Source: Mytilus edulis (lineage: Eukaryota). Taken from it: a stretch of 64,000 nt of DNA. The stretch lies in NCBI RefSeq assembly GCF_963676685.1, contig NC_092347.1:39122001-39186000 (forward strand), in the 5' to 3' direction. Positions 27,700-41,187 of this stretch are shown in pieces (within the stretch, counting starts at the first letter, position 1; each line of letters begins with the position of its first letter). The notes beneath the pieces were generated by a model. It was not told the origin of the DNA. It did not search any database and was given only the letters and a program-made list of their open reading frames with translations. The position numbers and the translations under genes were made by a program.

Positions 27700-30094
27700 T
27701 ATATATGGTGAAACAATTCCAGTTTTTACTTTAGAAAATATGGAAGCGAAAATACAGAGAGACACGGTGAACCACAAACAAATAGGAACACACTCTAAAA
27801 AAAAAGACAAAAAGACAAACAACCTAGTTGTTAATTTCTGTGTTATTTTGGTCTCTTGTGGAGAGTTGTCTTATTGGCAATCATACCACATCGTTTTTTT
27901 ATATATAAGCTCTGTGCTGAATCTTCAGTGGCAAATATTTGTTTATTTTAAGGACTACTATTTTGAATTAGAAATTGTCTGATGCAATTATCTTTTCACA
28001 AGTTGAATGATATTATGAGATAAATGCATAAATAGATTCTTAGTTTAATCAGATTCTAACACTAACGCAGTATAAATTCAATTTAAATAATACTGAAACA
28101 TGCAGACACATATAAATTTTATTATTACAAAAAAAAAATAAAAATGAGTTGTTGAGCTGGATGTGGTTTGATATTAAATTGCATAAAACTTTAAACAAAA
28201 AAAAAAATGTAAAGATTTTCAGCAAAAAAGCCAGACTAATTAAGAATTCTAAAAGTGGTAAGACTATATATTGAATTTGATTTCAAGGAATTTTTAAAGT
28301 ACAAAAAAAGTAAATTTTATTTACTTATAATAGCTATACAAATATTCCATGTACTGTAAGTGCTTAATATTCTAGCTACGATCCTATATTGCAATAGTTT
28401 GTCATTAAATTGAAATCAGTACTATTACTAAGGCCGTGAGATTACTTGTATTAAGTAGATTGATGTCCATAGGCCTTGTCTGAAAAGGATAAAGAACAGT
28501 AAAGTTGTCGCTTACATAACAAAATATCTGTAAATAAATGTTGGAGTAGGTACATAACCTTAAATTGTCAGAATAAAATATACCAATACTCCATAGATAA
28601 ATTGTTTGATTGGAAACTTATTGTGAAACCTTATAGGGATATAAATTTTGGTTAATTTTTATAAAGAAAATATATCGAAATGAGTGTTTTGTATTAGTAT
28701 CAGGGTAGTTAAAAGTTGCAGTCCATTAGAAATCTTGCACTTTATATTAACTGACTTTTCACTTCCATTTAGGTAATAGGTTTGAGTGAGATTTTGTGGA
28801 TTAATGTGGTAAATTAGAGGAAATATGGTATACTTTGTGTAAAGAGGGGGAAATAGAATAAAAGCTCCTAATCAAATTAAGAATTGTGCAAATGCTTATA
28901 TTATGTAACCATGGTAAAACACTTAGACTGTAAGAATTTGTACAGTATAAAATAAAATGACTGTTTTTATAGTACCATTATATTTGCTTAATAATTGTAT
29001 GCTTAATGTCTAGTGGAAAAGGCTTCATTAAAAGCAAGGTTAGGAACATGTTTTATTCAACATTAAATCCAAAAGTAGATTTTGCACATGCCCCTTAAAT
29101 AGCATTGATAAATGAAATTCACTGGCTAAGTTTAACTTGTGTTATGCTTGTCCCCTTTAAAATCTTCTTTTTAACTCCCCATAAGAGTCCCCTTTTTCAA
29201 CACCTATGTACACTCATAAATTACTTTTATTCAAAGAAAATAAATGCATCCACATAAAAAATCTTGAACTATTATCGGTTACTTTAAATTGGTATTGCAG
29301 AATATGCCTCCCGGGGGCTAATTTTCCATTAATTTGATCCAAAGTGGTAACTAATTAGATTTTATTTCAATTAACTAAAGGTTCTCTGTACTATTGGTGT
29401 ACAATAGTGTGGATATGATTCTATACTGGAATAGTTTACTTGTCATTGATTAATGCTTAGAACAGTTAAACTAAGACCTTTTTTTTATTTTGCCCCTAGC
29501 TGTCATTACAAAAGGGGCATGAAGTTTTACCCTTGTCCTTCTGTACATCCATATGTCTGTCTGTACATCCCGAAATTGGTTTCTGTTTTCTAACTTTAGT
29601 TAGCCTCAACTAAATGTTATGAACCAATACATTTCGTTTGTCCACAAAACACAGATCAAGTAAGAATTTGGATGGTATCACTTCTACCTTTTTATAGTTA
29701 ATTGCCCCAATATAGATTGTTGAATTTTTTTCATTTCCTTTCTCTGACTTAAGTTTATCTCAACACAATGTTATGAACACAATGCTTAATACCACAAAAC
29801 ACAGTTCAGGTTTGAATTTGGGTGGCCCAACTTTTACTGTTCTAGTGCCCCTTTTCATTTCTAAATCTTATACAAATAACAGTATTAAAAAAGCATTGCA
29901 ATTTCCAGGCATTCATGAATGATGAGTATTTAAAAAAACAACTTGCAGTGAACTTAAGATACCAAGCCTTCATTTAACAAAGAAGTTGTTTTTTTCTATT
30001 TCAACAGCCGACAAAACCCATATTTGTATTATGATTGTAGGTCTAGTCTGGTTAGAATAAGTACATAAAATGTGGGTTTATACCTTTAACTGTC

Positions 30095-30420
30095 AGAAAC
30101 GTAGAAGTCTCCTTGAACACTGACGAGTCTAATATACCATACCAATAAAACAGTAGATGACTTCTAAAGAACACAAACAAGTCTCATATACCATACCACA
30201 AGAAACAATAGATGTCTCCTAATAAATGCTACCAATTCTTATATACCATCCACATAGAAATGTAAATGTCTTCTAACGGACATTAATAAGTCTCATGTAC
30301 CATACCACATAAAACAATTAGAAGTCTCAACCCAAAACCTAACCAGTCTCATATACCATACCACGAGAACAGTTGATGTGTCCTTAAGACCATAACTAGT
30401 CTCATGCATCATACCACATT
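30095..30420. repeat. Diverged tandem array, ~54-bp period, ~6 copies
   Basis: Core agtctcatataccataccac recurs at 30126, 30180, 30235, 30289, 30345 and 30398. Confidence 0.85.
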
Positions 30421-30790
30421 TATCTATACTACTATAGATACTTAGAGTAGAAAAGGAAATGTTTAACTAGGATGGAACATTATCCTGCCGTACTGGATAC
30501 TTGATATCATATGCAACTTTATAATAACTATTCTAATTTTATTAACAAACTAATATACTAAGACACCATAGTATACACAGTATACGAATATCATATTCAC
30601 AATCATTTCTAAATCTATTATACTGAATACATATGAAAATAATAATAAATGTATCATTTGGCTTTCTAGGGGGCTACTCGTTAAAACTTACAATAAAACA
30701 AATAAAAATAACCATATGAAAAACACTACCTACTCAAAACAATTTTAAATTAATTGAAAAGTAAATTGTCTAAATTATGCAATTTTAAGA

Positions 30791-31302
30791 ACCTGCAGTA
30801 GAGCCCTGACAGGTGAAAAATTAAATTTAGAAACCTGAGTGGTAAAGCCCAGACAGGTATAAATTTGAAAAATGAGAATACCTGCGGTAGATCCCAACAG
30901 GTACTTTTAGAACCTGAGTGGTAGAGCCCAGACAAGTATGAATTTTGAAAACTGAGAATTCCTGCGGTAGATCCCAGCAGGTACTTTTAGAACCTGAGTG
31001 GTAGAGCCCAGACAAGTATGAATTTTGAAAACTGAGAATTCCTGCGGTAGATCCCAACAGGTACTTTTAGAACCTGAGTGGTAGAGCCCAGACAAGTATG
31101 AATTTTGAAAACTGAGAATTCCTGCGGTAGATCCCAACAGGTACTTTTAGAACCTGAGTGGTAGAGCCCAGACAAGTATGAATTTTGAAAACTGAGAATT
31201 CCTGCGGTAGATCCCAACAGGTACTATTAGAACCTGACTGGTAGAGCCCAGACAAGTATAAATTTGAAAAATGAGAATTCCTGCGGTAGATTCCAACAGG
31301 TA
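30791..31302. repeat. 80-bp tandem array (~6 units), each a dimer of a quasi-palindromic motif
   Basis: Unit tttagaacctgagtggtagagcccagacaagtatgaattttgaaaactgagaattcctgcggtagatcccaacaggtact; central units are nearly identical. Confidence 0.95.
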
Positions 31303-31478
31303 CAAAAAATAACTTAATTATCACCCTTAAATAAAACAAAGCCTAAATAAATTATAAAATGTATTAATGAATTGGGGGAAAATAATTTCCCTGAAATTAA
31401 GTAGGCCAAATTGAAACGAGTAGCATGAGTGAAAGCCCCCAAGAAATGATACATATACATATTTATAAAGTTGAATAA

Positions 31479-31523
<45 letters not shown>

Positions 31524-31750
31524 ATAATAATAATACAAAATTTTCAATATACCATTAAAAAGAATAAGTATTTGAATAGAATTTCATATATGAAAATGAA
31601 AACGCATAAAATAAAAAACCAGAACACACTATTAATTCAAAACGCATAAAATAAAAAACCAGAACACACTATTAATTCAAAATACTAAAAAGATTTAACA
31701 AAATGAAGTTCTTATAACTCCTTGATATAGTACAAAACATGTATAAAAAT

Positions 31751-32368
31751 TTAAGAACAACACATCTGCTTAGTGCTTCCAAACAGTTTTTTTGGGTCAT
31801 TTCTAATGTACCGTATATAACAATCGGATGACCATCTACCTAAAGTCTGAATAATATGGTCCTCAACCCCTGCTGCTGCAGCTGATGTAGCAGCACCAAT
31901 TCGAAAAGAATGACCACAAAATTTATTATCATTATACCCTAATCTGAACAGGGACTCTCGAAGCAGAGCTATAAATGTATCTCTATACAAAGGAGCGTTA
32001 TTATACTCAACTTTAACAAATAAATAAGAATCTGGTCTAGCTCCATAATTTTTTCTACTTGTATATATCTCCTCATCAAATCAAAAATATCATTTTCAAA
32101 AATAGTAATGTTAATACCTTCTCGAAATGGGTCACATTTGGAGGAATTCAGATGTACTGTGAAATTTTGAAAATTGTGTCAAAATCAATATCTGAATTAA
32201 TAGTGTGTTCTGCCTGGCAATTTTACTACTATACGTAAATTCACCACATCGGAGAAATCCAAAAAAAGCTAGATTAAAAGAGCGCTATAACATTAAGTCG
32301 ACGAATGGAGAAAAACTCCTAGCTGTAAAATACAGCACAATTATTTCAAAATTTGAGATGTAATAGGT
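31751..32368 (-). pseudogene. Tyrosine recombinase relic of a DIRS/Ngaro-type retrotransposon
   Basis: Manual translation: PITSQILK*...SPFVDLML*RSFNLAFFGFLRCGEFT...HLNSSKCDPFREGINITIFEN...FCGHSFRIGAATSAAAAGVEDHIIQTLGRWSSDCYIRYIR. The R, K, HxxR, W and Y catalytic motifs are present but interrupted by stops and frameshifts. Confidence 0.9.
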
Positions 32369-33649
32369 CCCGCTGAAAAAACGCCTCAGGGTGCGGGAGT
32401 TTCTCGTTGCATTGAAAACCCATTGGTAGCTTTCAGCTGTTGTCTGCTCCGGTTGTACTTATACATAAGGATGCCTAGAAACCTGTGGTAGAACCCACAG
32501 GTGAAACAACAATAGCCTGTGGTAGAACCCAAATAGGTAAAAATACTTGAATACTGTAGTAAAACCCTGACAAGTGAGACATATAATAACGTGTGGTAAG
32601 ACTAAGATAGGTGAGAAAAAAAAAAAAAAACAAAAAACAAAAAAAACAAAAAAAACAATAACATTTTGTAGACCAAGAAGGTAAAAATTCTGAGACTGCA
32701 TATGAAAACGTGCAGGTCTGCAAGCCTTGCTACATGTACGTGCAATGTACATAATGTGATACGATGTTACTGGATTGATTGATAGATTGCTTGTTGCTTA
32801 AGGTCCCAATGTTCACTGGATTGATTGATTGATTGTTGGTTGCTTAACGTTCCAATGTTCACTAATATTGGAAATATATGAATGTTGAATCCTGCACAGC
32901 TGCATCTGCCAGATACCATAAGTTGAGTTCACTTCAAAGGACTGACAAGTTATCTAGCACTTCTAAGCGGATTTATAGTTACAATTTCACCTACTATCTT
33001 GAGAACCATAAACAGCATACCAGCTGGGACTATTATACTATAAAAGTCCCAGGTTCCTGCTGAAATATAAAACTTAAAGCAGTATCATGTCTTAAACATT
33101 TGGTTCAACCTTAACAGGTTAAAACTATATGTGAACCTGTGATAAATCCATACAGGTAAAATCTGAAAATGTGGTATAACCCTGACAGTTGAAAACATGC
33201 AAAATCCAGAACCCAGACAGTTAAAATCTTGAAACCTATGGAAGAACCCTGAAAGGTGAGCAAAAAAAAAAAAAAAAAAAACATTCATGTGTAAAACACC
33301 TGTGGTTGATCAAAGACAAGGTTTTAGATGAGAATTCCTCAGGTAGATTTGAACAAATACTTGGGCTAGACGGTCAGGCACTCAAACCTGCAAGTTTGAT
33401 TGATTGATTGTTAGTTGCTTACCGTTCAGTGCCTGTGGCCATCCTGCATGAAAACCTGATATTAAACCATCAATTCAACTATTTAAAATTCATAGTACGG
33501 ATGGTCATTCAAATTCTGATACTAGTAACGTTTTAAAATGGAAACTGAAAATCAAAACTGTCTTGGGGAACTAAAGTGTCTTCAAGTTGCCAGATTCGAT
33601 ACTCTGGGGCTCATATGGTTCTCGGTTTTTTGGTAAGTATATACATATA

Positions 33650-34290
33650 TGATTTTCCGATTTCCCCTTTACAAACCCAACAAATATTATGACTATTGCA
33701 GCATCTCATAGCTGCGCATCCTCTGATACCTGAAAAAATACGAATTTCCCAACCTAGACGATTAGTTTATCTTACACTTGTGCTTATATGACTGTTGCAA
33801 GTTACCAAGCCAGGAGTGGAAAATGTGTTACCACACAGGTTTGGAAGAGTATTATCGAAAAATTGATACAAAAGAGAGTTATGTTTCTAACAGACCACTC
33901 TGCACTATATTGTAAAGAGGCATATGAGCTGTACGTAAACAGTAGTAATATCCGCAGAATCCTATACCTAGGTAATAAGTGGTCATACAATGTATCTACG
34001 TGATCCCTCTTATAGAAATAACATTATTTCTCCATCGGGGTATTACTATATATAAATATAAGATATATAATAAACTAAAAACGTGAATAGACACCACTAT
34101 AATAACTGATGAAAACCTAGTTAGCCTAGGGATGAATTTGTAATGTAAAGCCTCCATTGAAATTTCATTATGTCATACCCGGCATAATAAGGATTGAGTA
34201 TAAGGAGTTCGTACCTGATGTGAATTGTTTTCCTCAGTTTGGGAGAAAGGCAGTCATTCAGCTGCATCACCTTGTATTCCGTCACACCAC
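33650..34290 (-). pseudogene. Highly decayed gag-like ORF1 relic of a DIRS/Ngaro-type element
   Basis: Fragments SPKLRKTI, LNPYY, EWSVRNITLFC and a Cys/His cluster (GIRGCAAMRCCNSHNICWVCKGE) occur in the order I recall for invertebrate Ngaro/DIRS ORF1. Same strand as, and upstream of, the YR relic. Confidence 0.55.
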
Positions 34291-36046
34291 ACACTTCCTG
34301 GTTTTTCTACTAGCTGCAGTCTCTGTAATTGAATTCCTAGTAAAGGCTGCATATCCTGATCCTTCATATGTATGTATAATAGTAGGGATAAATTGACATT
34401 GTCACAGCGTAACTTCTGGTTGAAGTGAAAGTAGAAAAATCAGCTGCTTAATGTCCTGTCAAGTATTCTATTCTCCTAAGATTTTGATGATACTAACTCC
34501 AGTCAGTGATGAAACATAACATTTCCACTGAAGCATGGTTGAATAAAGTATGGAGGCCGAGTTTCTGTCCATTTAAATTGAAGTGGAATTCAAAAGCATG
34601 TGGTCCTCTTGTGTACTAACTGATGCATGTGGGATCGCACACTACCATATAAGGTGTAGCTTGAATTTTATCTGCTAATAACGGAATATGTCCTTCATTT
34701 CGATTATATTATCATTATGATAATAAAGTCTGAAAAGCAATATTCTGAATAGCACCTTTTCCTTGCATTTAAAGGTACTATCATTCCATAGATTGTTCCG
34801 TAACTGAATAAGTCTTAAACATGTCAATTTTATTTATTTTTTGGTTCACCTTGCAATTTCACGGTAAATCCCAACCTATTACCGTCCCATACATGTACTG
34901 CATGCGAGGTCCAATATAGTTAATGAGAAGCAAACACATTAACTAACAACTAACAAAGTTGATAATGAAATTAATAATTAACAGCATCTTTAGAAGCAGG
35001 TACAAATATCAATATCCATGTTACAAACATCACTTCAATACAAAGAAGTTTCTAAAAGTCCCATTAAAACGTGTTAAGTCCAGTTTTGATTTGCATCAAA
35101 AAAATATTATAGCTATTTTCAAGAAAAATGGAAAGTAATTTTTTTCCTGAATAAATTATCCACAAATAAAAATATGACTGCTAACAGTGCAATGCTCAAA
35201 CAACAACTGACCATCCTATCAAAATGATATACAGATGTTTCTCTGATTACACCCATGCTGTCATCAAGCTGTTTCCTATCTATGATCTAATACCTATCCC
35301 TTAATCTCTTAATTAAAACAAAACTGCCAAGCTGACAAGCTAACAAGTTGACCTTATCATTATGAAAACAAACCAGGGGAAGTTTAACCCAAGGAATTTA
35401 TCAAAATATGTATAAACTATAATTTAATTTTTAAATTACCAATTACATAACACAAGAAATCCATAAAGGAATGCCATTATAGTTGTATATGTCCAAATAA
35501 GTGGAATTAATGCTCTTTTAATAAATTGTTTGACAAATTGGTTATAAAACCTGATTATAATATAAAATCATTAATTATAAGAAAAGAATAGATTGTCATT
35601 AGCTGTCTTGTTTGAGTACAGTATCAAGGTTATGTCTGTAGTTGGCTATCTTAAATCTGCACTTTATACTTATGGTAAAGTTCAACAAAGAGAGAATATG
35701 TTACTTATAGAATATAGGGTATATAAAAAATGAAAACATGTTTATAAGTTGCATGAGCCCAGTATATATCAAAGTACGTCAGGAACTATACATGGATGCA
35801 TTGTCTATGTAACATCATGGTATCTATGTGTTAATATCATTGTCATTCCAACTTGAAATCATTCATTTATACAGACATCTTTTTCCACTTTATATTTAAC
35901 ACAGCCTTTTTTACCCTACACAATCACAAAAACCATTATAATTCTGGGGAAGGGAAATAGAGGGCGTATGAACACTTTGATTGGAAAATATATATGGTTT
36001 TTACCATTAAATCATCCTAAAATTGTTCACTTTGTATGCTTTGAGG

Positions 36047-37168
36047 TTTTTTGTCGAGCCTGCAACTTTTGTTGCAGAAAGCTCGACATAGGGATAGTGA
36101 TGCGGCGGCGGCTATGGCGGCTACGGCGACGGCGGAGGTGGCATAAGCTCACTTCTTAAAAGCTTGATATTTTAGAAGGTGAAAGACCTGGATGCTTCAT
36201 ACTTTGTATATAGATGCTTCAGGTTACGAAGTTTCCGTCAGTCACATGTCCAATGTCCTTGACCTCATTTTCATGGTTCAGTGACCACTTGAAAAAAAAA
36301 GTTCAAATTTTTTGTAATGTTGAATTCTCTCTTATTATAAGTAATAGGATAACTATATTTGGTATGTGCATACCTTGCAAGGTCCTCGTGTCTGTCAGAC
36401 AGTTTTCACTTGACCTCGACCTCATTTCATGGATCAGTGAACAAGGTTAAGTTTTGGTGGTCAAGTCCATATCTCAGATACTATAAGCAATAGGGCTAGT
36501 ATATTGGGTGTATGGAAGGACTGTAAGATGTACATGTCCCACTGGCAGGTGTCATCTGACCTTGACCTCATTTTCATGGTTCAGTGGTTATAGTTAAATT
36601 TTTGTGTTTTGGTCTGTTTTTCTCATACTATATGCAATAGGTCTACTATATTTGTTGTATGGAATGATTGTAAAGTGTACATGTCTAACGGGCAGATGTC
36701 ATGTGACCTTGACCTCATTTTCATGGTTCAGTGGTCAAAGTTAAGTTTTTGAGTTTTGGTCTTTTTATCTAATACTATATGCCATAGGTCAACTATATTT
36801 GGTGTTTGGAAATATTTGATGATCTTTATGTCAGTCACACAGGTTTTATTTGACCGTGACCTCATTTTCACGGTTCATTGCACAGTGTTGTGTTAAGTTT
36901 TCGTGTTTTGGTCTATTTTTCTTAAACTATAAGTAATGTGTCAACTATATATGTTGTATAGAAGCATTGTTAGCTGTACATGTCTGCCTTGCATGGTTCA
37001 TCTGACCTTGACCTCATTTTCAAGGTTCATTGGTCTCTGTTAAGTTATCTTGATTAATGTTAAGTTTATGTGACAGTTGTAATAAAGCTTAGCTTTATAC
37101 TTAGGACTATCAACATAATATCAATGATTAGTATAGAAGGCGAGACATTTCAGCGTGTGCACTCTTGT
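36047..37168 (+). mobile_element. HINE/DINE-like element family B, second full copy
   Basis: Near-identical to 15013-16097, with a longer GGC microsatellite. Confidence 0.8.
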
Positions 37169-37381
37169 CTTTGGTTTTATGTCAGGCTTATGGAATTACT
37201 CAGGGTTACATTATATAAAATTGAATTAGATCCTCATTTCAAAAATCTTAAATCTGCCCCTGATATTTTGTGGATGAAATGGTTGTAAGGTGTTCATGTC
37301 TTTCAAAATACTCTATAACATGTCAACAACAGTATCAAAATGTCAAGATCTATACTCCACCTAAAGTCTTCCAGCATTGTA

Positions 37382-37496
37382 CAGTGTAGCCTGTCTAATT
37401 CGACACCTGAGTATTCAACATCCTACTTTATCCGACACATTTTCATTCGACCTTTTTTCTGGTCCACCAGTGTGTCGGATAATACAGGTTTCACTG
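37382..37496. mobile_element. Short Tc1/pogo-type MITE
   Basis: ta-cagtgtagcctgtctaattcgacac ... gtgtcggataatacaggtttcactg imperfect TIR. Confidence 0.6.
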
Positions 37497-38150
37497 TTTA
37501 TACAAAATGTCAAGCTATGCTTTGCTATCCCATTCTCGTTTTATGTTCATTTATTGACTTATTAAATTTGTATTTATCACAGCATTTTATTACCTTAATC
37601 ATTTTGTTAATTGTGCTGTTTTTTGCATGAAAAAATACAATCCATCTTTATTTTTATAAGTAGTTCTACTGATGATAGATTTTGTTCATAAATATTAAAG
37701 GCCTCAAGGAAATTTAATCGTCCATATTTAAAATGTATATTAAATCATTATTTATGATATTACATCTTCTCTTATATTCATTGTCTTAGAAAATGTTTAT
37801 AATATCTGTCAATTCGATTGTTCCCCAAAGACAAAATAATGCTAAAGTAATAGTTTAATAATCGCAGCTGTTCGATTTACCAAACATAGCATGTCAATTT
37901 CCTTATTGCATAATTGACATACATAACGGAAATTAGAACGTCTTGATTTAAAATTGAATTGTGATAAAGGATGATGGAATTTATTTTAGGAAATCTCTAA
38001 GAGCTGTTTATGCTTTAAGATTCAAATCTTCATGTACTATTATGATATATATCACTAATTTAATTTTCACCATAAGTCAGTTTAGTCAATTAAAGGTATA
38101 ATAGACTTGTCGGTTAATCTAAATTACCAGAAGTGACTTTATCTTTACAG

Positions 38151-38374
38151 TGGGTCTCATTGGGGTCTAAGCGTGACACGGGATTGCCGATTTTTCGTAA
38201 GCATGACACGTGAAAGTCAAATTATTGTGTCGTGAAAACAGGAAATGAGGTCTTGCAGGACCTGGGATTAATGACAAAAAAATGAGAATTGCTTACATAA
38301 ATAGTGTAAGCGAGATACAGGAATCTTGACAAATCAGTAAGCGGGATCTGGATCAGAACCCCCAATGAGACCCC
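38151..38374. mobile_element. MITE with TIR gggtctcattgggg
   Basis: Inverted ends gggtctcattgggg / ccccaatgagaccc, with the direct repeat ctttacag on both flanks. Confidence 0.7.
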
Positions 38375-38812
38375 CTTTACAGAAAGATAGAATATGGATT
38401 TAAGTGGGACCCAAAAATCCCTCTCAAGATGAGTTTCAAAATGCAGAAATACTAAAAAAAATGGTCTTGTATGTTTTTTTTTAAATGAGTCTGAGGCACC
38501 TCAATTGATACCAAGGTCCAGATCTTATTAGAACTAATAGTATGGGAAATCTGCAAAGTCAAATGGCAGCCTATAGTTGCTAATACATCCACATCATTTG
38601 GTCTATGGTGGATTGTTGTCTCTTTGGCAATCATAAAACATCTTGATTTTATAGTCTTCAATTCTTAATATTTCACTAATCATTTATTTCCAATTAATTA
38701 CTTTCCTAAGATTTATGAATTATATATGTTTATGCTAAATATAGTAAAAGTTTTGTTTCAATATGATTTTTTTTCCTTTATCATTGATCAGAGTTTTTTT
38801 TTTAAATTTCAG

Positions 38813-39085
38813 AACAAACAAGATAACAGTGAATTTGAGTTTACCATGACTTCAGAAGGCTACCAGTGCCAAGAAATGTCAGTTATAGCTGACCAGATCT
38901 GGACAGATATCAGACATGCAGAAACATGGCTATTGAATCTAAAGTCATGTATTCCAAAGATGAAGACTGTTCCTGTTAACATAACCAATATGGTGGCATC
39001 ACTGTTCCTGCTTTCCAAGACTGAAGTGCTATCAGACCTAGGAATACAAACCCTGGTTGAAATTGCTAAGCAGGATGTTAGTCAG
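38813..39085 (+). CDS. FOCAD: Focadhesin-like exon F (NKQDNSEF...HAETWLLNLKSCIP...LVEIAKQDVSQ)
   Basis: tttcag acceptor, gtagag donor; 273 nt, phase 0/0. Resembles focadhesin AASDWLASVESLLP...TELAQADSSQ. Confidence 0.9.
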
Positions 39086-41187
39086 GTAGAGACAGGTTTT
39101 TGTGGGTTTTTTGGGTAAAGATTGCCTGAAATGCAATCCAAAGCCTATGTTACTGACTTGATATCTAAATCTTCCAAGGCTAATCACAACCTTTTTGATA
39201 CACAATATATAGGGCACTGATCATAACATTCTATATATCATATCCATGAACATTACCAGAAATTTATCAATGTAATATATATGCTCTGATATTCAAGGCA
39301 CAAACGGATGTTTCTACTTTCAAGAAAATAACATAACTTTTAAAAGGTGCAGGAATCTGTTCTAAAAATATAAATGATGTCATTATTAAAGTCATCTTTA
39401 AAAATTTGAGTTATCTCCCATTGTTCAGAATTGTAATTGAATCAACTACAACCAATGCTTTATTGACAATGCAATATTTTGATTTTACTTCCCACTGATA
39501 AGGTAAAGCAATCTTTACCGTTCTGTGATTACAAGCACTTTGATTTTGTAACTCTTAACTGGTAATCAAAAATAGAATAAAATAAGAATTTAGATTCCAC
39601 GCCTCTTTCTTTGGATCTGTTCTGACATTAAACCATGATTTAAGCATGGTTGTGTCGTTAGTGCACCTGAGTTGATACATAGGGTTCACTATCTGCTCTT
39701 TGTCTTCATCAGGATTGATTTTCTTATAAGTTTAATAGTGGACTCAACTCTATTTCACTAAGTAACAGTTAAGTCCTGCAATAACTTGTCTAATGTAACA
39801 TAGATATGAGTTTTATTCATGAATTCTGGTTATAACATTCAATTTGATGTATCAGTTCTTTAAGAAATATTTTTACGTTGTCCAAATAATGCATGTGAGA
39901 CTACAATTCTAGATTATAGATACCTCACCGCAGGACTTATAGAAAAATTTCTGATGGAGAAGGTCTTTTAAACAATATAGTGTCATGCAAAAATATGAAA
40001 GTTAAAGTTTTTCATGTTGATTTCACAATGAGTACATAGATCCTTTAATTGGTCATTTTCATGAGCCACGCTTATTTTGGCATATTTTTAAACGCAGTTA
40101 TGTATGTACCTGTTAAATAATTGAATTTAAGTGGTATCTGTGTCTGTAAACCTTGTCCAATAACTGGAACACATCATTTAGCTTTAAATCTTTTTAAATT
40201 GGCTATTTTACAGACTAAATCTAATAAAGTTTAAAATTCATCAATTTCATTCAAATAAGCCCTTTCTGTTTCATGGAAATGTACAGAATGTCTATTGATG
40301 GTTATGCTACCATCCTTAATTTAAAACCATTTTAGATAATCATGTTTAGAAACCTTAGTTGATTATGAGAGAAGCGTCTTAGGTTCTTAAATATGATTAA
40401 AAGATTAAAAAGTATTGTTCTTTTGTTGTTTGTCTTTGACGGCATCTAGATCTTGATGAAATATACTATATTAAGTTTATAATAAAAAGAAAATAATTAA
40501 ACATTTATACTCAGCAATTCTATAAATAGTTTTGTTATTGAAAAAAGGAAATATGATTTTTCTTTAGGAGTTTTTCATTTCTGAAATTTTTTTCACACAG
40601 GAGTTTGGCCTCAAATGAACTTATAATTTAACTATTTATGGCTTCAAAATCTTATTATTTTCAGCACAAGTTCACTTTAATTAATTATTTTAATGCTGTG
40701 AAAAGTTGTTTAAATGTTAATTCTTATTATTGCAGCTGCAAAGTTATTAAACTTTCACTTTAATTGCTGTAACCTTCAATTAAAGGACTATATATTTTAT
40801 AAAACGGAACTGCAATAATACCAAATGCAGAATAAATTAATAAACAATCGTTTACACTAAAAGCATTCAGAATTTCAGATAGCAATTTTCTTGGTTTTAG
40901 AAAAAAATAAATGAATTCTTATCCCAGCAAGAGTTCATGATGAAACAAACGAATATGCTGGTGGATATGTGTAAAGGGCCTTATATTTGGCCATGAAAAT
41001 AAAGTTAGAATTGAAATATACAAAATTTTGTGAATTTTGCTTCACATACTGATGAAACTAGATACTCAAAATTTTTACTCATTTAAAAAAAAAGTTTGAG
41101 TTAATTTCCCTGTTGCTTTCTTCATTCACAGTTTTTATGTGTTTTTGATTAACATATTATGTTGGTTAATTTTTATTATATTTTCAG

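Noticed and set aside
30750-31339. Repeated 76-aa ORFs on the minus strand
   Set aside because: Artefact of the 80-bp tandem unit, which is not a multiple of three.
31479-31521. Long poly-A run as a retrocopy tail
   Set aside because: Wrong orientation for the YR element, no TSD, and homopolymer length is unreliable.
32878-33063. Possible RNase H or YR N-terminal relic
   Set aside because: No convincing motif in any frame by eye.
30791-33360. CRISPR array
   Set aside because: Eukaryotic intron, no cas genes, linkers too short (10-20 nt) and identical within the 80-bp array.
34485-34535. Box C/D snoRNA-like motifs (TGATGA...CTGA)
   Set aside because: Too short, no terminal stem or recognisable rRNA guide; such motifs are expected by chance in AT-rich DNA.
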